Assembly: GCA_965203275.1 (NCBI GenBank) | Contig: OZ241865.1 | Span: 288,001 to 352,000, forward strand | Origin: Bdellovibrionales bacterium | GTDB taxonomy: Bacteria; Bdellovibrionota; Bdellovibrionia; Bdellovibrionales; JAUICD01 | DNA length: 64,000 nucleotides | Direction: 5' to 3' | Shown: piece after piece, positions 10,929 through 19,759 of the stretch | Layout of the letters: every line of letters starts with the position of its first letter | Position numbering within the stretch: position 1 is the stretch's first letter | Notes under the pieces: generated by a model | Told to the model about the DNA's origin: nothing | Databases searched by the model: none | What the model saw: the letters and a program-made list of their open reading frames with translations, nothing else | Program-made: the position numbers and the translations under genes

Positions 10929-12902
10929 TTAACTTGAGCTTTTCTCTGCATTATTGTCTTTTTTTATCTCGTCTTTTTGAGAAGCCTCTGGCTTTTGTGA
11001 TAGAGGAGGCTTGATTTTGTCTGTTTTACTACCTTTGGCTTTTTTAAAGGCTTCACCAAATAGATCGCCAAGACTGGTTTTGCTTGTTGTAGATGGACTA
11101 CCTTCTGGATCATCTTGAGCAAGCTTTGCACTCAAGGCTATCTTTCTAGCTTTTTTATCGACACTTACCACCACTGCCGACAAATGATCGCCTATCTTAA
11201 GATAGGTATTGATTTTTTCAGATCGAGGTTTGGGCATTTCACTAATGTGAATTAAACCCTCTAAGTTAGCTGTCAGCCTTACAAACACACCAAAATCAGC
11301 AATTTTGACAACAGTGACTTTATGTCTGCTGTTTATAGGGAAGGTTTTATCTATATCAATCCAAGGGTCAGGTTCTAACTGCTTAATACCTAAGCTAAAT
11401 CTTTCATGTTCTACGTCTAACCCTAAAACTACAGCTTTGACTGTCTGGCCTTTTTTAAAATTTTCTGATGGATGATGTACTCTTTTTGTCCAAGAAAAAT
11501 CAGAAACATGTACAAGCCCGTCAATATTTTCCTCCACGCCTATAAAAATACCAAAGTCAGTGATTGATTTTACTTCACCTTGAATGATTGTTCCTGGTTC
11601 GTATATTTTCTTTAACTCCTCCCAAGGATTAGTTTTTAATTGTTTAATGCCTAAGCTAATGCGTCTTTGACTTGAATCCACATCTAAAACAACCACATCG
11701 ACTTCACTCCCCACAGAGACACATTCTGAAGGATGTTTGTATCGCTTGGTCCAACTCATTTCACTGATATGAATTAAACCTTCTACGCCATCTTGTAATG
11801 TGACAAAAGCTCCATAATCAGCTAAACTCACAATACGTCCTTTTGTCTTACTTCCGATAGGAAAGCTTTCTATGACACCACTCCAAGGATCTGGTTGCAA
11901 CTGTTTAAGTCCTAAACTCACTCGTCCTGTTTTCTCATCATGTTTGAGAACTTTGACTTCTATCTTGCTACCAACTTCTAATAACTCTGAAGGATGTTTA
12001 ATACGTTTCCAACTCATATCTGTAATATGCAAGAGACCATCTAGACCTCCAAAACCTATAAAAACTCCATAGTCTGTGATATTTTTGACAATCCCTGTGA
12101 CAACGTCTCCCATTTTGATAGTTTCTAATGTTTTATATTGTACTTTTAATTGGTCTTGGTCTTCTTCTAATAAAGCTCTTCTGGAGAGTACAATATTACC
12201 ACGCTTTTTATTAAACTTAATGATTTTACATTGTATAGTTTTACCTACAAATTCATCTAAATTTTTGATGGGGCGTACGTCAATTTGACTCCCTGGGAGA
12301 AAAGCCTTGACACCAATATCAACACTTAATCCCCCTTTGACTGTTGCTACTACAAGCCCTTCAATGACCTCTTGACTTTCAGCAGCTTTGGAAATTTGAT
12401 TCCATGCCTCTAATAGATCGGCTTTGATTTTAGATAAAACAACCATACCACTGTCATTTTCAAGACGATCAATATACACATCATATTGATCACCAATCAC
12501 AACTTGCTTTTTCTCTTTTTGAGGTTTTGGGTCTTTGCTCTTGTCTATTTTTTTTGATTTTGTTTCTTTTTTCATTGGAAATTTTGAAAATTCTTGACCT
12601 TCTGTAGTATTCTCAAAAGGATCTTGTGGCTGAAACTCACTGATAGGGATAAGTCCTTCAGATTTATAATTAATATCCAGTAAGACAAAGTCTTTTTGAA
12701 TGTCAATCACGACGCCTTTGACCACATCTCCTTGTGAAAAGTCACGAGCATATTCGGTCTCTAAGAGATGAGCGAAGGTGTCTTTTTCCCCGGACTCTTC
12801 GGGAATATCTTGACCTGCCTGTGAAGGCATAGTTTTGATTTTATTTTCTGATTCAAGAGTAGGCTTTATAGAAATTACATCTTCTATTGGGGTTTCAGAC
12901 AT
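10929..12902 (-). CDS. rpsA: 30S ribosomal protein S1
   Basis: Six S1 repeats (DGLLHITDMSW, EGLIHISEMSW, DGLVHVSDFSW). Confidence 0.97.
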   Translation of the reverse strand: MSETPIEDVISIKPTLESENKIKTMPSQAGQDIPEESGEKDTFAHLLETEYARDFSQGDVVKGVVIDIQKDFVLLDINYKSEGLIPISEFQPQDPFENTTEGQEFSKFPMKKETKSKKIDKSKDPKPQKEKKQVVIGDQYDVYIDRLENDSGMVVLSKIKADLLEAWNQISKAAESQEVIEGLVVATVKGGLSVDIGVKAFLPGSQIDVRPIKNLDEFVGKTIQCKIIKFNKKRGNIVLSRRALLEEDQDQLKVQYKTLETIKMGDVVTGIVKNITDYGVFIGFGGLDGLLHITDMSWKRIKHPSELLEVGSKIEVKVLKHDEKTGRVSLGLKQLQPDPWSGVIESFPIGSKTKGRIVSLADYGAFVTLQDGVEGLIHISEMSWTKRYKHPSECVSVGSEVDVVVLDVDSSQRRISLGIKQLKTNPWEELKKIYEPGTIIQGEVKSITDFGIFIGVEENIDGLVHVSDFSWTKRVHHPSENFKKGQTVKAVVLGLDVEHERFSLGIKQLEPDPWIDIDKTFPINSRHKVTVVKIADFGVFVRLTANLEGLIHISEMPKPRSEKINTYLKIGDHLSAVVVSVDKKARKIALSAKLAQDDPEGSPSTTSKTSLGDLFGEAFKKAKGSKTDKIKPPLSQKPEASQKDEIKKDNNAEKSSS

Positions 12903-12979
12903 ATATAAAAAACTCCTTTTATTATTGAAGTGATATTATTTATAGTTAAATTCAAAACATTACATAAGTCAATCTTATT

Positions 12980-13618
12980 TTAAAAAGGAGAAGCAAACAT
13001 CTCCATCTGCTTAGGTTTACGTGTTACCTGAACAAATTTCAAAGGAGGACGACCATTCATCAAATGCTCAAGAGTTTTCAAACTGCATGAAGGGTTATGA
13101 ACCACAAGTTGTTTGCAAATGTGAACCATAAGATGACCGCAATAACAAGCATCTTCTTGAGCTCTGTGAAAATCAGTAGCAGAAATATGAAGGTGATTGA
13201 CAAGGGTCCCTAGTTTATAATTAAGCAGGCCCGGAAAGATACTTCTTGCCATACTACAGGAATCAAATACCAGGCCTTGTGGAGCCTTTGTTTCAAACTT
13301 TTTAATATCAGCAGTTAAAAATTCAAAATCAAAGGGAGCATTGTGAGCAACAAGTGGGTCTTTTCCACAAAACTCTGCAAATTTATCTAATACTTGATCC
13401 ACTGTAGGTTTATTTTTGACCATTTCATCTGTGATCCCTGTGATCTCTGTGACTTTCACAGGAATGCTTTTTTTGGGGTTAATAAGGGTTGTATAAACAG
13501 ATGTAGGGCGAGCATTTTCAAATCTAACAGCAGCAATTTCTGTGATTTGATCCACTCCGACTAAAAATCCTGTGGTCTCTACATCAAAAGCAACAAATGA
13601 CATAAACTCTTTTAACAT
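12980..13618 (-). CDS. DnaQ-like DEDDh 3'-5' exonuclease
   Basis: FDVETTG, VAHNAPFD and HRAQED motifs. Confidence 0.92.
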   Translation of the reverse strand: MLKEFMSFVAFDVETTGFLVGVDQITEIAAVRFENARPTSVYTTLINPKKSIPVKVTEITGITDEMVKNKPTVDQVLDKFAEFCGKDPLVAHNAPFDFEFLTADIKKFETKAPQGLVFDSCSMARSIFPGLLNYKLGTLVNHLHISATDFHRAQEDACYCGHLMVHICKQLVVHNPSCSLKTLEHLMNGRPPLKFVQVTRKPKQMEMFASPF

Positions 13619-13643
13619 AATAATGCTCCTTTCATTTCATTCT

Positions 13644-14950
13644 CACTAAAAATAAACCAGCCTCTGGCTGTTTTTGGGCAATCAGCCCGACGGCTTATCG
13701 CCGTCGATCAAAGGCTGATTGCCTCAAAAATCCGTTTATTTTTAGTAGGGAGGATCCCCTCATTTCTTTACACCATGTTAAGGAAACAAGATATTCGCTT
13801 CATCCCTTCTGTCTGCCAGATCCCGGAAGAATATCCTTTTGTTTTTTAACACAGTGTTAGAAATCAAATTTTATTTTCACTAAAAGTAAACTGACCTCTG
13901 GTCACTTTTGGACATTGCTCTGACAGCTTACGCTGTCTAAAAAGAGCAATGTCTCAAAAGTCCGTTTACTTTTAGTAGGGAGGATCTCCTCATTTCTTTA
14001 CACCATGTTAAGGAAACAAGATATTCGCTTCATCCCTGCCTGTCTGCCAGATCCCGGAAGAAGATCCTTTTGTTTTTTAACACAGTGTTAGAAATCAAAT
14101 TTTATTTTCACTAAAAGTAAACTGACCTCTGGTCACTTTTGGACATTGCTCTGACAGCTTACGCTGTCTAAAAAGAGCAATGTCTCAAAAGTCCGTTTAC
14201 TTTTAGTAGGGAGGATCTCCTCATTTCTTTACACCATGTTAAGGAAACAAGATATTCGCTTCATCCCTGCCTGTCTGCCAGATCCCGGAAGAAGATCCTT
14301 TTGTTTTTTAACACAGTGTTAGAAATCAAACTTTAAGCCTTCCATTATGATCATTAATGCACTTTTTATAGGCTTAATTTAAAATTTTCAATAAGTCACT
14401 TTATTTTTCAATGTAAACCAGCCTCTGGCTGTTTTTGGGCAATCAGCCCGACGGCTCTCGCCGTCGATCAAAGGCTGATTGCCTCAAAAATCCGTTTATT
14501 TTTAGTAGGGAGGATATCCTTATTTCTTTACATCATGTTAAGGAAACAAGCTATTCACTATATTCACTCCCGGGATCTGATGCCTGACTGCCAGATCCCA
14601 GAAGAAGATCCTTTTGTTTTTTAACACAATGTTAGAAATCAAATTTTATTTTCACTAAAAGTAAACTGACCTGGTCACTTTTGGACATTGCTCTGACAGC
14701 TTACGCTGTCTAAAAAGAGCAATGTCTCAAAAGTCCGTTTACTTTTAGTAGGGAGGATCTCCTCATTTCTTTACACCATGTTAAGGAAACAAGATATTCG
14801 CTTCATCCCTGCCTGTCTGCCAGATCCCGGAAGAAGATCCTTTTGTTTTTTAACACAGTGTTAGAAATCAAACTTTAAGCCTTCCATTATGATCATTAAT
14901 GCACTTTTTATAGGCTTAATTTAAAATTTTCAATAAGTCACTTTATTTTT
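13644..14950 (+). repeat. Mosaic array 1: five branched-palindrome elements in ~231-bp units
   Basis: Elements at 13644-13746, 13878-13976, 14109-14207, ~14413-14506 and 14653-14749, each followed by the GTAGGGAGGAT...ATGTTAAGGAAACAAG tail; 14331-14408 duplicated at 14873-14950. Confidence 0.95.
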
Positions 14951-15182
14951 ATGTAAAGGGATGATGCATGTCAAACTAAATTTAATGCCATTGACTTACT
15001 TAGCAAAGAGATATTAAATTGTGGTCATTTTGAACAAAAAACAAATTTAATATAAGAAAAAAGAAACCATTAAAATTTAAAGAGGTTATAAAAAAGACAT
15101 CTCTAAAATTCATTATATTGTCAGTATTAGAGTGGGGTTTTTCGTTGTTTCGTGCCATTTTTTGTGATCATAACATCTATTT

Positions 15183-15210
15183 TTGACAAAAACCAGATTT
15201 AGAGTATAAT
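15183..15210 (+). promoter_or_regulatory. Sigma70-type promoter
   Basis: TTGACA-N16-TATAAT, 47 bp upstream of the ATG at 15257, which has an AAGGAGG RBS. Confidence 0.75.
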
Positions 15211-15256
15211 ATAATATAAAGGACTAAAAATGACTACTGACTACTAAGGAGGTGTT

Positions 15257-15631
15257 ATGGATTGGATTGTTAAAATATTTGAAACTACAGATTTAATGAC
15301 AATCATTGCCATGTCTATTATTGGCTTTTTTCTTTATAACAGAGCGACCAGATCTTTTAAGGAACAGATAAATCAATCAAATGATAACTTAAAGGAACTA
15401 ATAAAACAATCGGATAATAACTTAAAGGAAATGATAAAACAATCAGAAACTAACTTAAAAGATCTATTAATTACTCTAATTGATCCTATCAAAGAACAAG
15501 TATACAATCATATACCCACACAGATCAGAGAAGTAGACAGGAAGTTTGATCAAAAGTTTGATCGTCTATTGGAGATTTTAATTGACAAAGATAAAGCTGT
15601 GGAAAAAAAGGACTTAAAAAAAAATGACTAA
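15257..15631 (+). CDS. Small membrane-anchored coiled-coil protein, tandem duplicate 1
   Basis: N-terminal TM helix; 11-residue repeats KE(L/M)IKQS(D/N)(N/D)NL; strong RBS. Confidence 0.8.
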   Translation: MDWIVKIFETTDLMTIIAMSIIGFFLYNRATRSFKEQINQSNDNLKELIKQSDNNLKEMIKQSETNLKDLLITLIDPIKEQVYNHIPTQIREVDRKFDQKFDRLLEILIDKDKAVEKKDLKKND

Positions 15632-15640
15632 GGAGGTGTT

Positions 15641-16057
15641 ATGGATTGGATTGTTAAAATATTTGAAACTACAGATTTAATGACAATCATTGCTATGTCT
15701 ATTATTGGCTTTTTTCTTTATAACAGAGCGACCAGATCTTTTAAGGAACAGATAAATCAATCAAATGATAACTTAAAGGAACTAATAAAACAATCAAATG
15801 ATAACTTAAGGGAAATGATAAAACAATCAGATAATAACTTAAAGGAAATGATAAAACAATCAGAAACTAACTTAAAAGATCTATTAATTACTCTAATTGA
15901 TCCTATCAAAGAACAAGTATACAATCATATACCCACACAGATCAGAGAAGTAGACAGGAAGTTTGATCAAAAGTTTGATCGTCTATTGGAGATTTTAATT
16001 GACAAAGATAAAGCTGTGGAAAAATCAGATGCCAAAGAGCATGAAAAGCCCGTATGA
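15641..16057 (+). CDS. Small membrane-anchored coiled-coil protein, tandem duplicate 2
   Basis: Nearly identical DNA to 15257-15631 with one extra 33-bp unit and a different C-terminal tail. Confidence 0.8.
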   Translation: MDWIVKIFETTDLMTIIAMSIIGFFLYNRATRSFKEQINQSNDNLKELIKQSNDNLREMIKQSDNNLKEMIKQSETNLKDLLITLIDPIKEQVYNHIPTQIREVDRKFDQKFDRLLEILIDKDKAVEKSDAKEHEKPV

Positions 16058-16144
16058 TCAATAACAAATTGACTTTTAGCTTGCTCGATTCAAAAAATGC
16101 TTTTCTGTAGAGAGCATCAAAGTCAAAATCAAGGATAGCGCCAA

Positions 16145-18325
16145 TTAAGTTATAATAAACAAAGTGATCAGAGCAACAATCATACCCAGGATAGAAAAAC
16201 CTAACTTGTAATAATAAGTATAAGCTTTCGATTCATAGTCAGTTGCTTGAATCTTTTTAACTTCGATATAAGGAGTAGGCGACCTGCGATACCACCCTCT
16301 CACCACCACATCTTTTCCTTGTAATTTTTTAAAGTGGAAAAATCCAAACCAAATATTCAGACCAAAAGGTTCATGGTTTAAGAAAATAATTCCTGTTTTA
16401 TCCCTTAAAAAGAAATCTTCTGATAATATCCACCCTGCATCTCCTCTACCTAAAATCTTCCCTTGCAATAAGATAGGATAAGATCGTACAGGAGAGACCT
16501 TAATGATCTTTAAAAGAGCTGCTATAGAGCAAGGAATAAAGTTACCACCAGGGTAAGTCCTTAAGGTGCGAATCAAAGCTCCTACACAAACAAATAAAAG
16601 AGCAATACTTCCAACACCCAGTATGGTATTCCAATGAATGTCAGTGAATATCTGCGTATAAAGTTCTGTATAATTTTGACCTGTCAAAAAGATATAAGAA
16701 ACCACACCTAATATGCCTAAAAGATATGGCAAAATTAAAACAAAAAAATCTATTAAAAAATCATCCCAATAGCTTTCTGGTTTTTGCTTTTTAAATATTA
16801 GATAAGGGGTTTGATTTAAAGCTAAGGCATAAGAGCTAATGGCATTAATCCTTTTAGCTGTCAGAGGATGTGTTGAGTGGAGTTCATAATAAAAAGCCCA
16901 AGGATTCCAAAGGTCCCACCTCATAATATCTTTAATAGTTTCTGGTGAGTATTGTTCGCTCTTTGTTCCTTGAGCAAGAGCTAACTGCTTAGCTCCAGAA
17001 ATGCCCATAATATTTAATGTTTCAACGCTTCGTCGATCTGGTGAAGGATCCCTAGCTCCAAAAACTAAATTGCTGTCAGAGTTTTTTTCATGGCTTTTGT
17101 TAGATGAAGATGTACTAGATATTTCTTTCCGTGGAATACCTTGAGAGCTTTCAGAGCTTTCTTCTCTCTTAGCTTCTGTAGACTGAGAGTGTAAAAGTCC
17201 GTAAGAGATTTTTACTAGGGCAGTTAATAATTTGTTAGGCTTTTGTGTTGCAAAACAGCTAAATTTATCAGCATAATATTCTCTGACCCTTGAAGCAAAT
17301 AGCACTAAATATTCTGCGATCAAATAGGCTATGTAGGCAACAATGGCACAGGCAATGCCTCCACCTCTATCTCTTGTATCCTCACTATCCGTTGCGTCTC
17401 TGAAAGCTACATAAATATTATAAAGTACCATAGGTACAATTTGAATGACTGTCATCAAGACAAAATCCCAATGCTTAATATGTCCCAACTCATGGGCTAG
17501 GACAGCTTCTACTTCATCTTTGTCTAATAAATCAAACATACCTTTAGAGAATACAACCCTTGAACTATAAGGTGTCCGTCCGTATGTGTATGCCTGAGGG
17601 GCTGCATCTCGAATGATCCCCATACGTGGGATAGGGATGCGGTTTTCTTGACAGAGTTTTACTAGGGAGTCTTTAAAATGAGTTGGTAATTGATCGAGCC
17701 TGACCCAATCCAGAGAGCCTAAAAACTTCAGTTGCCAATCTAAAATAATAGGGGAAAAATAAAATTGCAATAGCACAATAACAATAAATCCAAGTGATCC
17801 GGCCCACAAAGGTAAACTAGCAGTTTCCATTGCAAAAACCATAACTCCAAATAATATTCCATAAAGAGAAAATACCACCATAGTGGTCGTAAGAGCAAAG
17901 GAGGGAAGTTTAACATAAGGGTGATACGCTTTGGGTATTGTGTCTTCGCTAGAGCTAAGTATCGATGTATCTTTTTGTATTTTATTAAAGAGTTTATCTT
18001 TTTGCATGTTTTGGAATTCATGGGCATCCAGGTAAATTCCACGACAGGAAGGACATTCTTCCACTTGATAAGAAAAATTTGGCAGTACACCCTGTCTGAG
18101 AGGAACTTGGCATTTAGGACATTTGTCTTCTATAGTATGAGGTTTGTCTAAACCAAAGTGCCAATATTTTTTAAGACGATGGCTCTCTTTGACAAAAAAG
18201 TTAATCTCTCCATGGTCTAGCCAAACCCCCTGACAACCAGAGCAGACGTCAATTAAAACCCCCTTTTTTGTCAAAAGAGGCTTCATGGTGTTTGTACATT
18301 TGATACATTGAATATGTTGTTTCAT
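16145..18325 (-). CDS. M48 (HtpX-like) membrane zinc metalloprotease with two N-terminal zinc ribbons
   Basis: AVLAHELGH and SRVREYYAD, STHP motifs; CIKC/CSGCQGVWLD and CPKC/CPSCRGIYLD zf-TFIIB-type ribbons; several TM helices. Confidence 0.88.
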   Translation of the reverse strand: MKQHIQCIKCTNTMKPLLTKKGVLIDVCSGCQGVWLDHGEINFFVKESHRLKKYWHFGLDKPHTIEDKCPKCQVPLRQGVLPNFSYQVEECPSCRGIYLDAHEFQNMQKDKLFNKIQKDTSILSSSEDTIPKAYHPYVKLPSFALTTTMVVFSLYGILFGVMVFAMETASLPLWAGSLGFIVIVLLQFYFSPIILDWQLKFLGSLDWVRLDQLPTHFKDSLVKLCQENRIPIPRMGIIRDAAPQAYTYGRTPYSSRVVFSKGMFDLLDKDEVEAVLAHELGHIKHWDFVLMTVIQIVPMVLYNIYVAFRDATDSEDTRDRGGGIACAIVAYIAYLIAEYLVLFASRVREYYADKFSCFATQKPNKLLTALVKISYGLLHSQSTEAKREESSESSQGIPRKEISSTSSSNKSHEKNSDSNLVFGARDPSPDRRSVETLNIMGISGAKQLALAQGTKSEQYSPETIKDIMRWDLWNPWAFYYELHSTHPLTAKRINAISSYALALNQTPYLIFKKQKPESYWDDFLIDFFVLILPYLLGILGVVSYIFLTGQNYTELYTQIFTDIHWNTILGVGSIALLFVCVGALIRTLRTYPGGNFIPCSIAALLKIIKVSPVRSYPILLQGKILGRGDAGWILSEDFFLRDKTGIIFLNHEPFGLNIWFGFFHFKKLQGKDVVVRGWYRRSPTPYIEVKKIQATDYESKAYTYYYKLGFSILGMIVALITLFIIT

Positions 18326-19731
18326 AATGAATCTTCTTCCAGTTCATCATCTCCTGGCCCTTGTAAATTGTACTTTCTTATTCGGTATCTCATGGAGCGA
18401 AATGTAATACCTAATAACTTTGCAGCTTCTTTTTTACTATTTGCTTTATGAATAGCTTTAACAATTAACTCTTTTTCAATTTGCCCAATGATATTCTCTA
18501 ATTCAACACCCTCATCAGTGATTTCAATATCTCGACTGGACGCCATTTTTCGACCAGAAGATGTCATAACAAAAGGAGGTAAGCTTTCTGGTAAAATACT
18601 TGCCCCTCCTTCTAAAGCTACTGTTCGCTCAATGATATTTTCTAATTCTCGCACATTTCCTGGATAGTGATACTTTTTAAGAGATGCCATAGCCTCATCA
18701 GAAATACCCTGGATATTTTTCATTAATTTTTCGTTATATTTTTTTAAAAAGCACTCTGCTAAAAGAGCAATGTCGTCTTTTCTCTCTCTTAAAGGAGGAA
18801 CATGAATCAAAATCACATTTAATCTATAATAAAGATCTTCTCTAAACTCTCCTCTTTTGACCATATCTTCTAAAACTCTATTGGTAGCAGCAATAAGCCT
18901 CACATTAACTTTAATGTCATTGGTATCTCCTACTCGTCGGATCACTCGCTCTTGAATAGCTCTAAGTAATTTCACTTGAATAGACAGAGGTAGCTCACCA
19001 ATCTCATCTAAAAAGAGTGTCCCTCCATCAGCAGTTTCAAAGAGTCCCTGTTTATCAGAAATAGCTCCTGTAAAAGATCCTTTTTTATGTCCAAACATTT
19101 CTGATTCCATAAGAGATTCAGGGATAGCACCACAATTGACTGTCACAAAAGGTTTATCTTTAAAAGGACCATTGTAATGAACAGCTTTTGCAACCATTTC
19201 TTTACCTGTACCACTCTCACCTGTGATCAGAACATTGGTCGGTGACTTTGAAACTCTTTCAATAACTCCATAAATATTGTGCATCACATCTGAATTGCCC
19301 ACAAGATTTTGAAAGTGAAATTCTTTTTGTAATTCTCTTTTTAAACTACGATTTTCTCGCTCAAGATGTTTGCTTTTTAAGGCATTTTGAATATTGATAC
19401 GCACTTCATCTATTTTGAAAGGCTTTGTGATGTAATCGTATGCTCCTTTTTTCATCACTTCTACAGCAGATTCTGTTGTGCCGAAAGCCGTGATGATCAT
19501 AAAAAGAATATCAGGATAATTGAGATTCACATGATGAAGTAACTCAAGGCCTGTGACATGAGGCATCTGCATATCAGAGACAACCATATCAAAGGATTTC
19601 TTTTTGAGAATATCTATAGCTTGTTGACCATCTTCTCCACAAGTCACTTCATATCCTTCTTTTTTTAACATAATTTCTAAAAATTCTCGGATGGATGGTT
19701 CATCATCAACCACTAATATTTTTGCATTCAT
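18322..19731 (-). CDS. pilR: Sigma54-dependent response regulator, PilR-like
   Basis: Receiver domain, GESGTGKE, GSFTGA and LFLDEIGE motifs, Fis-type HTH; downstream of pilS and pilC. Confidence 0.85.
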   Translation of the reverse strand: MNAKILVVDDEPSIREFLEIMLKKEGYEVTCGEDGQQAIDILKKKSFDMVVSDMQMPHVTGLELLHHVNLNYPDILFMIITAFGTTESAVEVMKKGAYDYITKPFKIDEVRINIQNALKSKHLERENRSLKRELQKEFHFQNLVGNSDVMHNIYGVIERVSKSPTNVLITGESGTGKEMVAKAVHYNGPFKDKPFVTVNCGAIPESLMESEMFGHKKGSFTGAISDKQGLFETADGGTLFLDEIGELPLSIQVKLLRAIQERVIRRVGDTNDIKVNVRLIAATNRVLEDMVKRGEFREDLYYRLNVILIHVPPLRERKDDIALLAECFLKKYNEKLMKNIQGISDEAMASLKKYHYPGNVRELENIIERTVALEGGASILPESLPPFVMTSSGRKMASSRDIEITDEGVELENIIGQIEKELIVKAIHKANSKKEAAKLLGITFRSMRYRIRKYNLQGPGDDELEEDSL

Positions 19732-19759
19732 AAATACACTCCTTTATTTATTTTTTAAG

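Noticed and set aside
13644..13746. Integron attC sites
   Set aside because: There are no consistent RYYYAAC/GTTRRRY boxes, the fold is branched, copies occur in both orientations and in clusters rather than one per cassette, and no IntI was recognised.
13878..13976. Self-cleaving ribozyme (hammerhead-type three-way junction)
   Set aside because: No CUGANGA/GAAA core on either strand, and the junction nucleotides are few and variable.
13644..14950. CRISPR array (also considered for 27280-27617 and 57129-57727)
   Set aside because: Units are 62-247 bp with repeated rather than unique intervening sequence, and no cas genes are present in the window.
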